DNA from: Octopus sinensis
Taxonomy: Eukaryota
DNA length: 64,000 bases
Assembly (NCBI RefSeq): GCF_006345805.1
Contig: NC_043004.1
Coordinates: 74,524,001 to 74,588,000, forward strand
Direction of reading: 5' to 3'
Below the pieces are notes generated by a model, which worked only from the letters and a program-made list of their open reading frames with translations, was not told the origin of the DNA and searched no databases. Made by a program: the position numbers and the translations under genes. Below, piece by piece: positions 38,640-50,020 of this stretch; within the stretch, counting starts at the first letter, position 1, and every line of letters starts with the position of its first letter.

Positions 38640-39938
38640 TTTTATGAAATGTAACGACAGATATATACATTTAGATGGACTAAGGTAGTACTAAAAGTCA
38701 TGAAGATCATTATTATGATTTTATTAGGATTAAAAAGTCAGAAAGCAAAGCATACCATGGTTTCGGCAAACTATTCATTGCTTTGAGTAAACACCGGTTG
38801 ATACACGGTGTCAGGTCCAATAGTTCCTGAGAAAAAAGATTATTTGTAAGGGAGGTAAGTATTTCTGGATTTAAATATAGAATTGTAATGTGAATGGTGT
38901 AGGTAGTGTATAGGAGTTAGTTGTTTTAATTGAAGGGTTAGAGGTGTTCTGTATTAAGTTGTGTGTTCATATTTAGTTGTGGGAGATATTTATTGATGAA
39001 AAATGCTTCTTTATTCAACCTTTGTTGCATTGTGGTGTTCTGTGAACATTGATAGAAGGGGAAGATTTGGAAATTAGGATTAAGGTTCCTGGCACACCTT
39101 TGTATGTGTTCACTAACCTGTAACTGTCTGTATTGTGGGTGGCGGATTTGCTCTTTGTGAATAGTGGTTCTTCGACGGAGTGAAATTCCTATTTTCCAAT
39201 ATAGCGGTTACCACATCCTAAGCATGTCATGACATAGATTAGATTTTCTAAGGCGCAGGTGAAATTTGATTTGATCTTAAATATTTCTCCTTGTTCGAAG
39301 TGAAATTCTGAACCCTCCAAAAGGTGGGGGCATGTTCCACAGTTAGTACGACCACATTTTGTCACTTTTGGCTCTGTTGTTAGTGGATATAGTCTTGCGC
39401 TGGTTAATATTTTTTTTCAGTGACTTCAGTTGCTTTTTGCTTTTTATAATTTTGCATGAGCTTGAAATTTCGTTCATTGTTTTGTCTGCTGTGAGGATGG
39501 GAAGATTTTGGGTGATAATGTTGAAGGCTTCGTTGTTTCTAGGGTTATGTGTGGAAATATACGGGAGTATTTTTAAGTCTGGTTTAGTATTTCGGCTGGT
39601 TTGCCTTAACATTTGTATATCTACTTCCTTAGCTCTTTTAATGCCTTCATTTATTAATGGGATTGTGTAATGTCTTTTAGTTAGTGTTGATCTAAGTTCA
39701 AGGAGTCTTTGTTCACGAGTATATGTATCCGAAACTATGGTACAGATTCTTTTCGCTAGATTAAAGGGTATATTAATTTTTACGTGTTTGGGGTGGCAAG
39801 AGTTAAATAATAGTTATTGTTTAGAATCAGTGGGTTTATAAAAGATGTCTGTTTCTATGTGGTTGTTAACTATTTTAATTAAGATGTCTAGAAATGAGAG
39901 ATGTTTACTGTTGTGTTCCATAGTGAATTCTATATTGC
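38640..39938 (-). mobile_element. PLE (RYxDD/Neptune-type) 3' half, degenerate
   Basis: Minus strand: NIEFTME..K.L.FLDILI...TDIFYKPTDS.Q.LLFNSCHPKH...NIPFNLAKRICTIVSD, ILPYISTHNP, CGTN.GTCPHLLEG, FTCA.ENLIYVMTCLGC. Confidence 0.85.
38746..38785 (-). ncRNA. Minimal type I hammerhead with swapped A3-U8 core pair
   Basis: CAAAGCA-ATGAATA-G TTTGC C-GAAAC CATG GTA-TGCTTTG: 7-bp stem I, 1-bp stem II, palindromic ACCATGGT stem III, GUA triplet; at the PLE 3' end. Confidence 0.65.
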
Positions 39939-39939
39939 A

Positions 39940-41725
39940 GAAAATTAAGACTAGCAGAAGTATCAACCAGTTTCAATACTGAAGATGACTCACTAGTCAA
40001 AAACAAAAGTGAACATATCCCCCATAGAGGAAGAAAAAAAGATCTTGACGAGTTCTGCAGCCACATTGAGAACTTTCCCTACCATACTATACATAAACAT
40101 ACAGTTAACTCAAATTTTAGCACTGCACAATGGAAGGAACTGATAGAACTTCAAAATGATGAAGATATAACCATTAAGGAAGCAGACAAAGGAAGTGCAA
40201 TTGTAATAATGGATACATTATACTATAGAAATCTTGTAATTTCCTTGCTTGATGACAATCAATATCATGAAAAAATCACCCACTACACCCCGAAAAAAAT
40301 AATGAAAACTCTGTCCTCACTAATTAAAACACATGAAAAGGAACTAACAACCAAAGACTTTCTAACAAATTTTTAATGCAAGCCTAGCTTCTTCTATGGT
40401 CTGCCAAAAATACATAAAAGCCAAATTATAAATGAAACCATTAAAAAATCACCAAAGAAATACATACACACATCTAGCCCGGGGGACCTAAAACTACGAC
40501 CCATTGTAGCTGGCCCAGCCTGTGAAACACACAGATTAAGTCTATTTATGGACATCCTCCTGAAACCCTTCCTTAAACATATCGATAGTCATATCAGAGA
40601 TGACTTGGATATGTTAAACGACCTTCCAAAAAAGTCAACAAAGAAACAATCATGGTTTCATTTGATGTAGTTAATTTATATACCAGTATACCTCATAATT
40701 ATGGACTAGACGCAATACAGTTCTGGCTGGACCAATTTCCGGAAGAAATACCAAAAAGGATCAGTAAAGAATTCATTACTAAATCGGTTGAATTCATCCT
40801 ACAAAATAACCACTTCACATTTGACAATACATTTTACCGTCAAAAATCCGGAATTGCTATGGGTACAAGGGCAGCACCAGTCATTGCGAACCTAACAATG
40901 GGCTACCTAGAAATAATTGTATACCAGGAATCTTTATCGACCTTTGGAAACCCCTTTTCTCATAAAAGAGAATTGGAAAAGATTCCTGGACGATTGTTTT
41001 ATACTCTGGAATGAAAACACAGATAAACTCCTAAAATTCAAAAACCTATTGAACAGCATCAACCCAAATATACAGTTCACAATGGAATACAACCAAAAGG
41101 AGCTTCCATTCTTAGATATACTAATTAAAAAAATTAACCTTAAAATAGAAACAGACATTTTTTACAAAGCCACAGGCGCTAAACAATACCTACTTTTTGA
41201 TTCATGTCACCCAAGACACACTAAAACAAACATCCCTTTCAACCTTGCAAGAAGGATATACACAATAGTGTCAGAACAAAATACCAGGAACTTTAGACTA
41301 CAAGAACTCAAAAACACCCTAATTGACAGACACTACCCAATTCAACTGATAGAGGATGGGATCAGACGTGCAACAGAAATCGAGATAGAAACTTTGAGAA
41401 AAGTTCAACACAACAACACACCTCCCCCTAAAATACTGCCTTACATATCCACATACAACCCCAGAAACAAAGAAGCCTTCACCATCATCACCTAGAATTT
41501 ACCAATACTTCACAAGGACCCCAAATTAAAGGAAATTCTAAACATACATAAAATCATTAAAAGCTACAAACAACCTAAATCACTTAAAAAGATTCTCACA
41601 AAGGCAAAATTGTTTTCTGAAATTACGGATGCAAAAGCAAAAAAATGTGGTAGAACAAACTGCGCAACATGCCCAAACCTTCTAGAAGGATCAGAATTCC
41701 TTTTCAAACAGGGACAAAATTCAAG
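39940..41725 (+). mobile_element. PLE (Neptune-type) RT region, degenerate
   Basis: RKLRL, ITIKEADKGSAIV.MD, FYGLPKIHK, LRPIVAGP.CETHRLS, VSFDVVNLYTSIP, GIAMGT.AAP, WKRFLDDCFI, SCHP.H...NIPFNLA. Confidence 0.88.
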
Positions 41726-42455
41726 ATCAGATCTAATTTTACTGGTGCAAAGAAGAGTTCCGGCTAGTTATACTCGAGATTGCTCCAATCTGGTTAGCCC
41801 CACGGAAAAACTAAGCTAAGAGCATTAGATTCCTTGGAAGAAAGCAGCGAATATATACGAAAACAAGGACGAAAAAAACGGAGAAATGTTACACAGATAC
41901 AAATGCAAATAACAGGATATAACAACAGGTGTCTTTCGACTATACATCAGGTATATCTAAAATATCCCATACATCTGCTCGGTTCTCTGCTTTCAAGTTA
42001 TTAGAGAAGTAGAGAGTTAAATCTTCCGCTAAATAGAAAGCAATGACATTGCAAGTGAAATTACCCAATATTTTATTTTCATATTAATCTCTCATTAATC
42101 TGTGAAAGGTTGGTCATAGAACTAAGATAAAGCATCGCTCCTATATATGCAACGGAATTTACGCAGTTAACGGTTAGTTGATATTTCTTCGCCGTCCTGT
42201 TCAATATCCTATAACGTACACAATGATCCATGCACGTCTTTCTCCAGAACCCTATCCTTTTTTCAGCTAACCTTTCGCCTTTCACTCACTATTTCACTTT
42301 TATCATTTCTCTCTCTCTCTCAACTGTCTTTCTTCATTTCCTTTCTTCCAATCGCCATCTCTCGCTTCCTATCCCTCAATCTCTCTGTCCACATACCCTT
42401 TCCTCTCCATCTCCCTCTTGACCTCCTGCTTTCTCATTCCCTCACATTCCCGTAT

Positions 42456-42498
<43 letters not shown>

Positions 42499-42563
42499 AA
42501 TTCTCTTTCACACGCTTTTTTTCTCTCAATTCTACTTGAATTTATTCAATTTTGTATTTGCAG

Positions 42564-42715
42564 GTGAAACTCGTCTTGAGAAATAATAATGCTGACATTC
42601 ACTCATTAATTTTCGATGGAAAAGGAACAAATTACACATCGTGGTTCCAAGAGAGTAAACGCATTTTAAAGCCCTGGTTTGGAGATTTCTCAGGAATATA
42701 CCAGTTCAATTATAA
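42564..42715 (+). CDS. Host gene coding exon 3
   Basis: TTTGTATTTGCAG| ... TATAA|GTATAT; phase 0 to phase 2; VKLVLRNNNADIHSLIFDGKGTNYTSWFQESKRILKPWFGDFSGIYQFNY, no stops. Confidence 0.75.
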
Positions 42716-43211
42716 GTATATATGAACCCCTTGTTCTTTATTCACATTTATAGTTTCTCAATGCTAATAATTACGATTTCTCACATGGGCAAACATTTAC
42801 ATATTTCGAAAATAGAGCACAGTTAACTATGATATATCCATCACAATAATTAACGAGTATTATTTTAGCGACCCCGGAAAAATAAATAACAAAAAAGATT
42901 GTGGTGGGATTCACACTCAAAATATTAATGAACAAAAATAACTACAGAATGGCGTATTTTTTGCAACCTTGTTGTCGATTCTGCTATTAGTCATTTTAAT
43001 TGACGATGATAATGGCAATGATGATTATAAGTATTCTAATAATAATGAGTGGTAATTTTTCCCATCAGTTGCTCCTTACCATATTTACTGATATGCTTTG
43101 TCCAACAGAGACAGTACATTCGCTCGACAGCAATCGAATGTTCACTAGGTCAATCAAACGGATATCAAATTTATGGTCTACGTAGCTAGCCATTTTGAAA
43201 TGTGAACATCC

Positions 43212-43290
43212 TACGGGTATACGGCGTAGTGGTCAAGAGCGCCGGCTACTAGCTCCAAGATTCTGAGTTCGATTTCAGGCAGTGACCTGA
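43212..43290 (+). mobile_element. tRNA-derived SINE head (family H head, inferred)
   Basis: A-box TACGGCGTAGTGG and B-box GAGTTCGATT, directly followed by (CAA/TAA)n; no intact acceptor stem. Confidence 0.7.
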
Positions 43291-43494
43291 ACAACAATAA
43301 CGACAACAACAACATTAACAATAACAATAACAATAATAATAATAATGATAATAATAATAACAACAACAACAACAACATTAACAATAACAATAACAATAAT
43401 AATAATAATGATAATAATAACAACAACAACAACAACAACAGCAACAACAACAACGACGACAACGACAACGACAAAGACAACAACGACGACGACG

Positions 43495-43538
<44 letters not shown>

Positions 43539-43547
43539 AACAATAAC

Positions 43548-43586
<39 letters not shown>
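43291..43586. repeat. Compound (CAA)/(TAA)/(CGA) microsatellite
   Basis: Direct. Confidence 0.95.
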
Positions 43587-43588
<2 letters not shown>

Positions 43589-45901
43589 GTCAGACAAATA
43601 CTCACCCAACAGAACTACATGATCTAAAAACTGAAATCATGATTGAATGGCTGAAAATTAAAGAAATCAGTATGGATGAACGCGATACTCTCCCGAAAAT
43701 CTGCAATTCTAAAAAAAACTGAAAATAATTGGTAAAATCCACCTTGCACTAAAGGATATAATTTCAGCTAATGATGTTGATATCACAGATCTCAACCATC
43801 TTTACTATGCATACGCGAAAATCTCAACGATTCTATGTGGTGAAAAGATTAGAAAACGGCAACATTCCCACAAAAAGTCTTTTGATAGCCAACCACATAG
43901 CTGGATTAAGAAATGCCTGGAAATGTATAAAATAGCTTCTACTCTGCGAAACATTTTGTCTGTAAGAATGAGATCATGAAGAACCAAACTGATTTTGAAT
44001 AGTGACAATGAATCTCTAAATGCTGGAAATGTAAAAAATTCATGTGGCATTTCCCAGCGTGACTTACTATCAGCACTCCTCTTTTGTTTGTCCTTAATAC
44101 CTCTCTCAAAATTGCTCAATGATGCACAGTACAGTTATAAAATGTTTGATAAAACTATAAATCATTTCATTTACATGGATGATTTAAAGCTCTTTGCAAA
44201 AACTCACCAACAACTCAAAGGCTTACTAGTGATTGTTAAACAATTCAGTGATAACATCAGAATGCAATTTCACTTCGATAAATGTGCAAAAGCTACCTTT
44301 ATCAAAGGAACATGACAGAAACATCTAACGTTAATCTTGACCAGCAGAATGTCATAAAAGCGTTAGACCCAGCGCAGAGCTACAAATACCTGGGGGTAAT
44401 TGAAGGGGACGGAATCAAGCATTCAATGATGAGGGAAAGGATCAGGAGAGAATATTTAAGAGCAATACTTAAGACAGAGCTGAATGCGAGAAACAGGATC
44501 GAAGCGATCAATGCTTCAGCTATACCAGTCGTGACTTACAGTTTCAATATTATTAACTGGTCAATTACTGAAATATGTAATCTTGACAGAAAAATACGAA
44601 AACTGTTGACAATGCATAGACTGCACCACCCTAAGGCAGATATAGGACGACTTTATCTGCCAATAAATGATGGAGGCCGTGGGCTTTTACAGCTGGCATT
44701 AGCAATGAAGATTGCCACAATTGGCCTGGACACCTACCTGAAAAACTCTGAGGACTGGATGTTAAAACTTGTCTCAAAACATGAAAACAAGAAAGCACCA
44801 TACTCAGTAACAAAACAGGCAAAAGAATATCTAAATGTATTCCAAATACAACAATTAGACATACGAGAAACAAGCGCAGAAAAAGCTAAGCGCATGAAAA
44901 CCCGTGCTAAAACTGCTGCCTTAGATATTCTGATCGATAAATGGCAAGAAAACCCTCTGTGTGGCAAATACCCAAAGAGAGCGAATAAAGCAGATGTTGA
45001 CAAAGCCCTGACCCATCAATGGCTAATGGCCTCTGGCTTAAAATCTGAAACAGAGGGGTTTATCATAGCAGCTCAAGATCAATGCCTACCTACAAGAAAC
45101 TACCAGGCCAACACATTAAAGAGCAGCAGTAGCCCATCATGTCGTGTATATCAACAACAAAATGAAACCATTGATCATGTTGTCTCCATGTGCAGTCTTC
45201 TTGCGCCTCCAGGGTATCTGAACAGGCATGATAGAGCTGCACAATATATTCACTGGGTAATTTGCAAAAGCTTGGACTTGCTCCGTGATAATAACTGGTG
45301 GGAACACAAACCACCTCCAGTACTTGAAAATGATCACATTTCACTCCTCTGGAAATTCACCATTCAAGCTGACAGAAAGATAGATGCAAATAGGCCAGTC
45401 ATCATATTGAAAGACTTCAGACAAAGAACATGCCTCCTCATTGATATGACTGTCCCAATCGATATAAACGTATCTGTCAAGACCTACCAGAAACTGAGCA
45501 AATATAAAGATCTTGAAATAGAAATCAGCAAAATGTGGAAGCTGAAGACTAAAACAATACCTGTTGTCATAGGTGCCCTGGGAATGATAGCGAAAGGGAC
45601 TAATTGCTACCTAACTCAGATACCAGGAAACCCCAAAATGGCAGAAATTCAAAATACAGTGCTGATGAGAACTGTCCATATCCTACGTAAAATACCTCCT
45701 ATGTAATCTCAAGTTTTAAAACAAACACATAATTTTCTTAAGGCTTCTTAAACATTCTCTAGAACAACACTATGTAAAAAACCAAATATATGGCACCCTA
45801 GGTATAACACCAACATGAACTTCCAACTTGTCTCTTGAGGTTTCTGGGTGAGACTTCGAGCCAACTTGTAAAAATGTAAAGCAAAAGTCAAACATGAAAT
45901 G
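43587..45901 (+). mobile_element. Dong family C with a large internal deletion
   Basis: N-terminal region (R..LPKI, DLNHLYYA) jumps at ~44000 to RT (GISQRDLLS, YMDDLKLF); ORF 44282-45706 carries finger and RLE motifs; 3' UTR followed by (CAA/TAA)n. Confidence 0.88.
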
Positions 45902-45906
45902 ATAAT

Positions 45907-45942
<36 letters not shown>

Positions 45943-45965
45943 AATAATAATAATAATAATAATAA

Positions 45966-48048
45966 TCCACACGTGGTTCCTCGAAATACTAGTCATTAAC
46001 AAGGTAACACCAACAATTATAAAATACATAGGACACTCTATGAATAAATGGCAGACAGTGCTACAGCTCCAAACAAAAAAGGGACTCGTGAAAACCAAAG
46101 CCATCCCCATCAGAAGAGGAATATTCCAGCGAGACACGCACTCTCCACTCCTTTTCTGCTTGGCACTGTCACCTCTATCTGATATGCTAAATGGAACTGG
46201 ATGCGGATACAAATGTTACGGCGAAACGATCAGCCACCTTTTATATATGGATGGCCTAAAGCTATACGCTACAAATGACAAACAGCTGGAAACACTACTA
46301 AAGACAGTTCATGGATTTACCAAAGAAATAGATATGAAATTTGGATAAGAAAAATGCCCCAAAGTAACCGTAAAAAGAGGAAAACTAGTAAGAGTAGCAA
46401 TATCTCACTAGATAAAACCAATGAAATAAGAGAATTAGACCAAAACCAAACTTACAAATATTTAGGAATCCATGAACTAGATAAGACACAACACACAAAT
46501 GAAAGAGAAAATTTTAAAAAAATACTATAGACGAGTTAAATCAATACTAAAAACAGAGCTCAGTGCTAAAAACAAGATAATAGGTATTAACACTTTAGCC
46601 GTCCCCGTTGTAAGTTACAGCTACAATATCTTTAACTGGACGCTAAATGAACTAACCAAAATATATAGGAAAACAAGAAAATTAATGACAGGATCTAGGA
46701 TGCATCACCCAAAATCTGACATAGAAAGGCTATATATACAACATATAGAAGGTGGTAGAAGCCTTATAAAGCTGGAATTCTATTATAAAATAACCACCAT
46801 AGGACTGCAAAAATACCTACTTCAGAAGCAAGGAAAACTGATACAAATAGCGGCAAAATACGAGCAAAAAAAAAACTTTTGTCAGTATTTAAGGAAGCTG
46901 ACAAATACAAACAAGTAATCATACCACCTAAAAAATAAGAAGAAGAAAAAGAAGAAGAAGAAGAAGAAGAAGAAGGAGGAGGTGGAGGAGGAGGAGGAGA
47001 AGAAGAAGAAGGTGGAGAAGAAGAAGAAGAAGGTGGAGGAGAAGAAGAAGAAGAAGAAGAAGAAGATGAAGAAGATGAAGAAGAAGAAGAAGAAGAGGAA
47101 GAAGAAGATGAAGAAGCAACAAAAGCTATAAAACAAATGAAATCCAAACTAAAAATAGAACAGCAACGGACCATGATAAAACGATGGCAAGAAAGCCCCT
47201 TCAAGGCAAATACAGGACTAAACTAAATGCAAAAGAAATAGACAAAGAAAAATCCCAGCAACGATTGAGAAGCTCAGGACTCAAAGCAGAGACAGGGATT
47301 TTTAATTGCAGCACAAGACCAAAGCCTCCCCACTAGAAATTCCAAAAATCATATAATGAAAAGAAATATAACAAGTAACCGCAGAATATGTGGAGATGGA
47401 CAAGAAACAATAAATCATATTATCTCTGGCTGCCCAGTCCTGGCTAAGAAGGAATATATTCACAGACACGACAGAGTTGGGACCTGCATACACTGGAAGC
47501 TATGCCAACATTATGGAATAACAACAGAAAAAATATGGTATAGGCACACAACAGAAAAGGTCACAGAAAACGAGAAAGCAACCATATTCTGGGATATGCC
47601 AATACACACAGATAGAGAAATTAAGACCAACAGGCCAGATATAGTTGTCAGAGATCATGAAGAAAAAAAATGCTTTCTAATTGATGTATCAATACCAGCA
47701 GATGACAACGTGTCTCTAAAAGAAATGGAGAAACTTTCAGAATACAAAAACTGGGAAATAGAGGTAACTAGAATGTGGAATCTAAAAACAGACACAATTC
47801 CTATCATAGTAGGTGCATTGGGCATGATAAAAAAATATTCAAACAAATACATAACAAATACACCAGGACTTACAAACATATATAACATATAGAAAATTGC
47901 TTTACTAGGCACTGCACACATCCTATGCAGAACACTTTCAATACAGTGACCATCAGAGCATCACAATAAATCACAGCACATACCCAAGACACACAGAGCT
48001 GCGCTCGGTAGTGAAGTGCAAGCACGCTATAAAAATAAAACTACTGAA
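45966..48048 (+). mobile_element. Dong family B, 5'-truncated, with expanded GAA tract
   Basis: Collinear with the reverse complement of 30277-32225; ends ...AAAACTACTG(AAT)n. Confidence 0.9.
46939..47115 (+). repeat. (GAA/GGA/GAT)n expansion inside Dong coding sequence
   Basis: ~177 bp here versus 24 bp at the equivalent site (31208-31231) in the other family B copy. Confidence 0.9.
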
Positions 48049-48067
48049 TAATAATAATAATAATAAT

Positions 48068-48141
<74 letters not shown>

Positions 48142-48310
48142 ATACCTTAGAAATGAGAACCCAGGTACGAAATTTCGCCAAGAGACCTGATGAAGGCTGG
48201 AGGGTATATCAGCTGAAACGTTGTGTTAACAACAAACAAGATGAGGACAAATATCCGTCACATGTGAATAATGTAAATAATATGTATAATTCCTCATCTC
48301 TGAAATATAG
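48142..48310 (+). mobile_element. Family H tail, copy 2 (hammerhead-bearing repeat)
   Basis: Matches the reverse complement of 11565-11712; preceded by (TAA)n(CAA)n. Confidence 0.75.
48182..48227 (+). ncRNA. Minimal type I hammerhead motif
   Basis: GAGAC-CTGATGA-A-GGCTG..CAGCT-GAAAC GTT-GTGTT; loopless palindromic stem III (AACGTT); one mismatch in stem I (copy 1 has AACAC, which would pair fully). Confidence 0.68.
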
Positions 48311-49132
48311 AACTGTATTATGCTATACTATCGTTATCTGCGGCTGCAACAAATATTCATGAAGGTACGATTTGGATGAACCACTATACTTGCTTCTCGT
48401 CCACGCAGGTGCATCAGGGAAACTTAGTCGTTACCTGTCAGATAAATGGAAACTTCTGAACAGGTTCTCAAGGCGCCTGGCACTATCCTCCAATGCGCTA
48501 ACCTTACATATTTCCGCCATGCGTCTAAGATGCAATTCCGCTCCTGTGCCAGTTGGAGTACTTTTCCATCATGGCGACGTTTCTATAGATATATATTTTC
48601 AATTTAGAGAAAGAAATCGGAACCATACCGTGGGATTTACAACTGAAAGGTGAACGATAGCCAATCTCGTCCATTCAAATACTACAAACACATGCACATT
48701 AGTACAACTAATAGCCAACAACCTCACAGTCTCTGCTCTCTTCTTTCGTTACAAAAGTGAGTTTCCGGTTCTTCAAATTGGAACAGCTCTTGTCTACAGC
48801 CACTGCACATATTCAAAACTGCTTCTGGCAATCATTTTGATTCTCATCATTTACATTTCCTAAACTCTCGTTTCAGTCTCATATGACACTCCTTCTTTGC
48901 CTCTTTTTTCTTCAGACTTGAACTGAAGCTAATAACAAAATCTGATTTATTCAAAGTACATTTCATATTTACTTTTTAAGTTATAAATAACAAACTAGGA
49001 ATAACACACTCAATAATTTCATAGATGACATATAAACTCATTAAACAGAACTGATTGTTGTAAATACAGCCGTAAAATATTGCATTATGATGAACGTTGT
49101 TAAATCCATCAGTTGTAATATATTATTTTCAG

Positions 49133-49242
49133 TGACGAGGAAATCTTCATCCGACCAACTGGTTATTATTCTGCAATGAGAGCAGATAAGAAATCCGGAG
49201 GCAATAATAATTATCGTATTTATTACAGAGAGGACATCTCGA
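49133..49242 (+). CDS. Host gene coding exon 4
   Basis: TATTATTTTCAG| ... CGA|GTAAGT (consensus donor); phase 2 to phase 1; (N)DEEIFIRPTGYYSAMRADKKSGGNNNYRIYYREDIS, open frame. Confidence 0.68.
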
Positions 49243-49487
49243 GTAAGTATTAAATTTCTTTTTCGTGTAATCTAAAATTAATGTTTGTCGGGTTTTTTTT
49301 CCTAGATTGCTGTCGCAACATTTACTAAAAGAATTATAAGCACCAATTATTATTGATATAAGTTTGATTTTCATACTCAAAGTAGAGGAGCTGCTGCTTT
49401 CGTAGAGATATTCTCTTTCTCGCTGAATATTCACATCTGCAGGACGGCCAATCTTTCTGATTCTACATCACTTTTCTATGATGTCCC

Positions 49488-49844
49488 TATTTTTAGTGGA
49501 ATAGCCGAGGAAACCACGGATCTCGCATAAATAAGGGACGATTTAATCTCGTCTACTCCACTAAAAGATGGACAGTTTTGACTGCGACTACTCCACTAGA
49601 ATATGGAAAGTTTTTACTGTCCATCTTTTAGTGGAGTAGACGAGATTAAATCGTCCCTTATTTTAGTGGAATAGCCGAGGAAACCACGGATCTCGCATAA
49701 ATAAGGGACGATTTAATCTCGTCTACTCCACTAAAAGATGGACAGTTTTGACTGCGACTACTCCACTAGAATATGGAAAGTTTTTACTGCGGCTACTCCA
49801 CTAAAATATGGAAAGTTTTGACCTCGGCTGCGCCACTAAAAATA
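49488..49844. repeat. Duplication-inversion-duplication block with ~33-bp subrepeats and imperfect terminal inverted repeats
   Basis: Unit TTTTAGTGGAATAGCCGAGG...TTTTTACTG occurs twice (~49491 and ~49661), separated by an inverted 45-bp piece; ends TATTTTTAGTGG / CCACTAAAAATA. Confidence 0.8.
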
Positions 49845-50020
49845 TACCCACGCCGTCCATGCTGCTGGAAAAGATAATGGACGTGGGATGGAAATCACTC
49901 GATCGCACCATCCCAGGAATGCAGTAACTATAGAATCAGATCTAGGAAACACCCACCCAAAATCAAGGACATGGAACATTTCACGATACCCTTAGGAAAA
50001 AGTTCCCCTCTGTCCTCTTT

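Noticed and set aside
41740-41950. Possible CR1/L2 3' remnant (LVQRR..., LDSLEE)
   Set aside because: Too short and decayed to call by eye.
43212-43290. Functional tRNA gene
   Set aside because: A/B boxes are present, but the acceptor and anticodon stems do not close and it runs into a microsatellite; called a SINE head instead.
49488-49844. CRISPR-like array
   Set aside because: The repeats are tandem or inverted copies without unique spacers, in a eukaryotic context with no cas genes.
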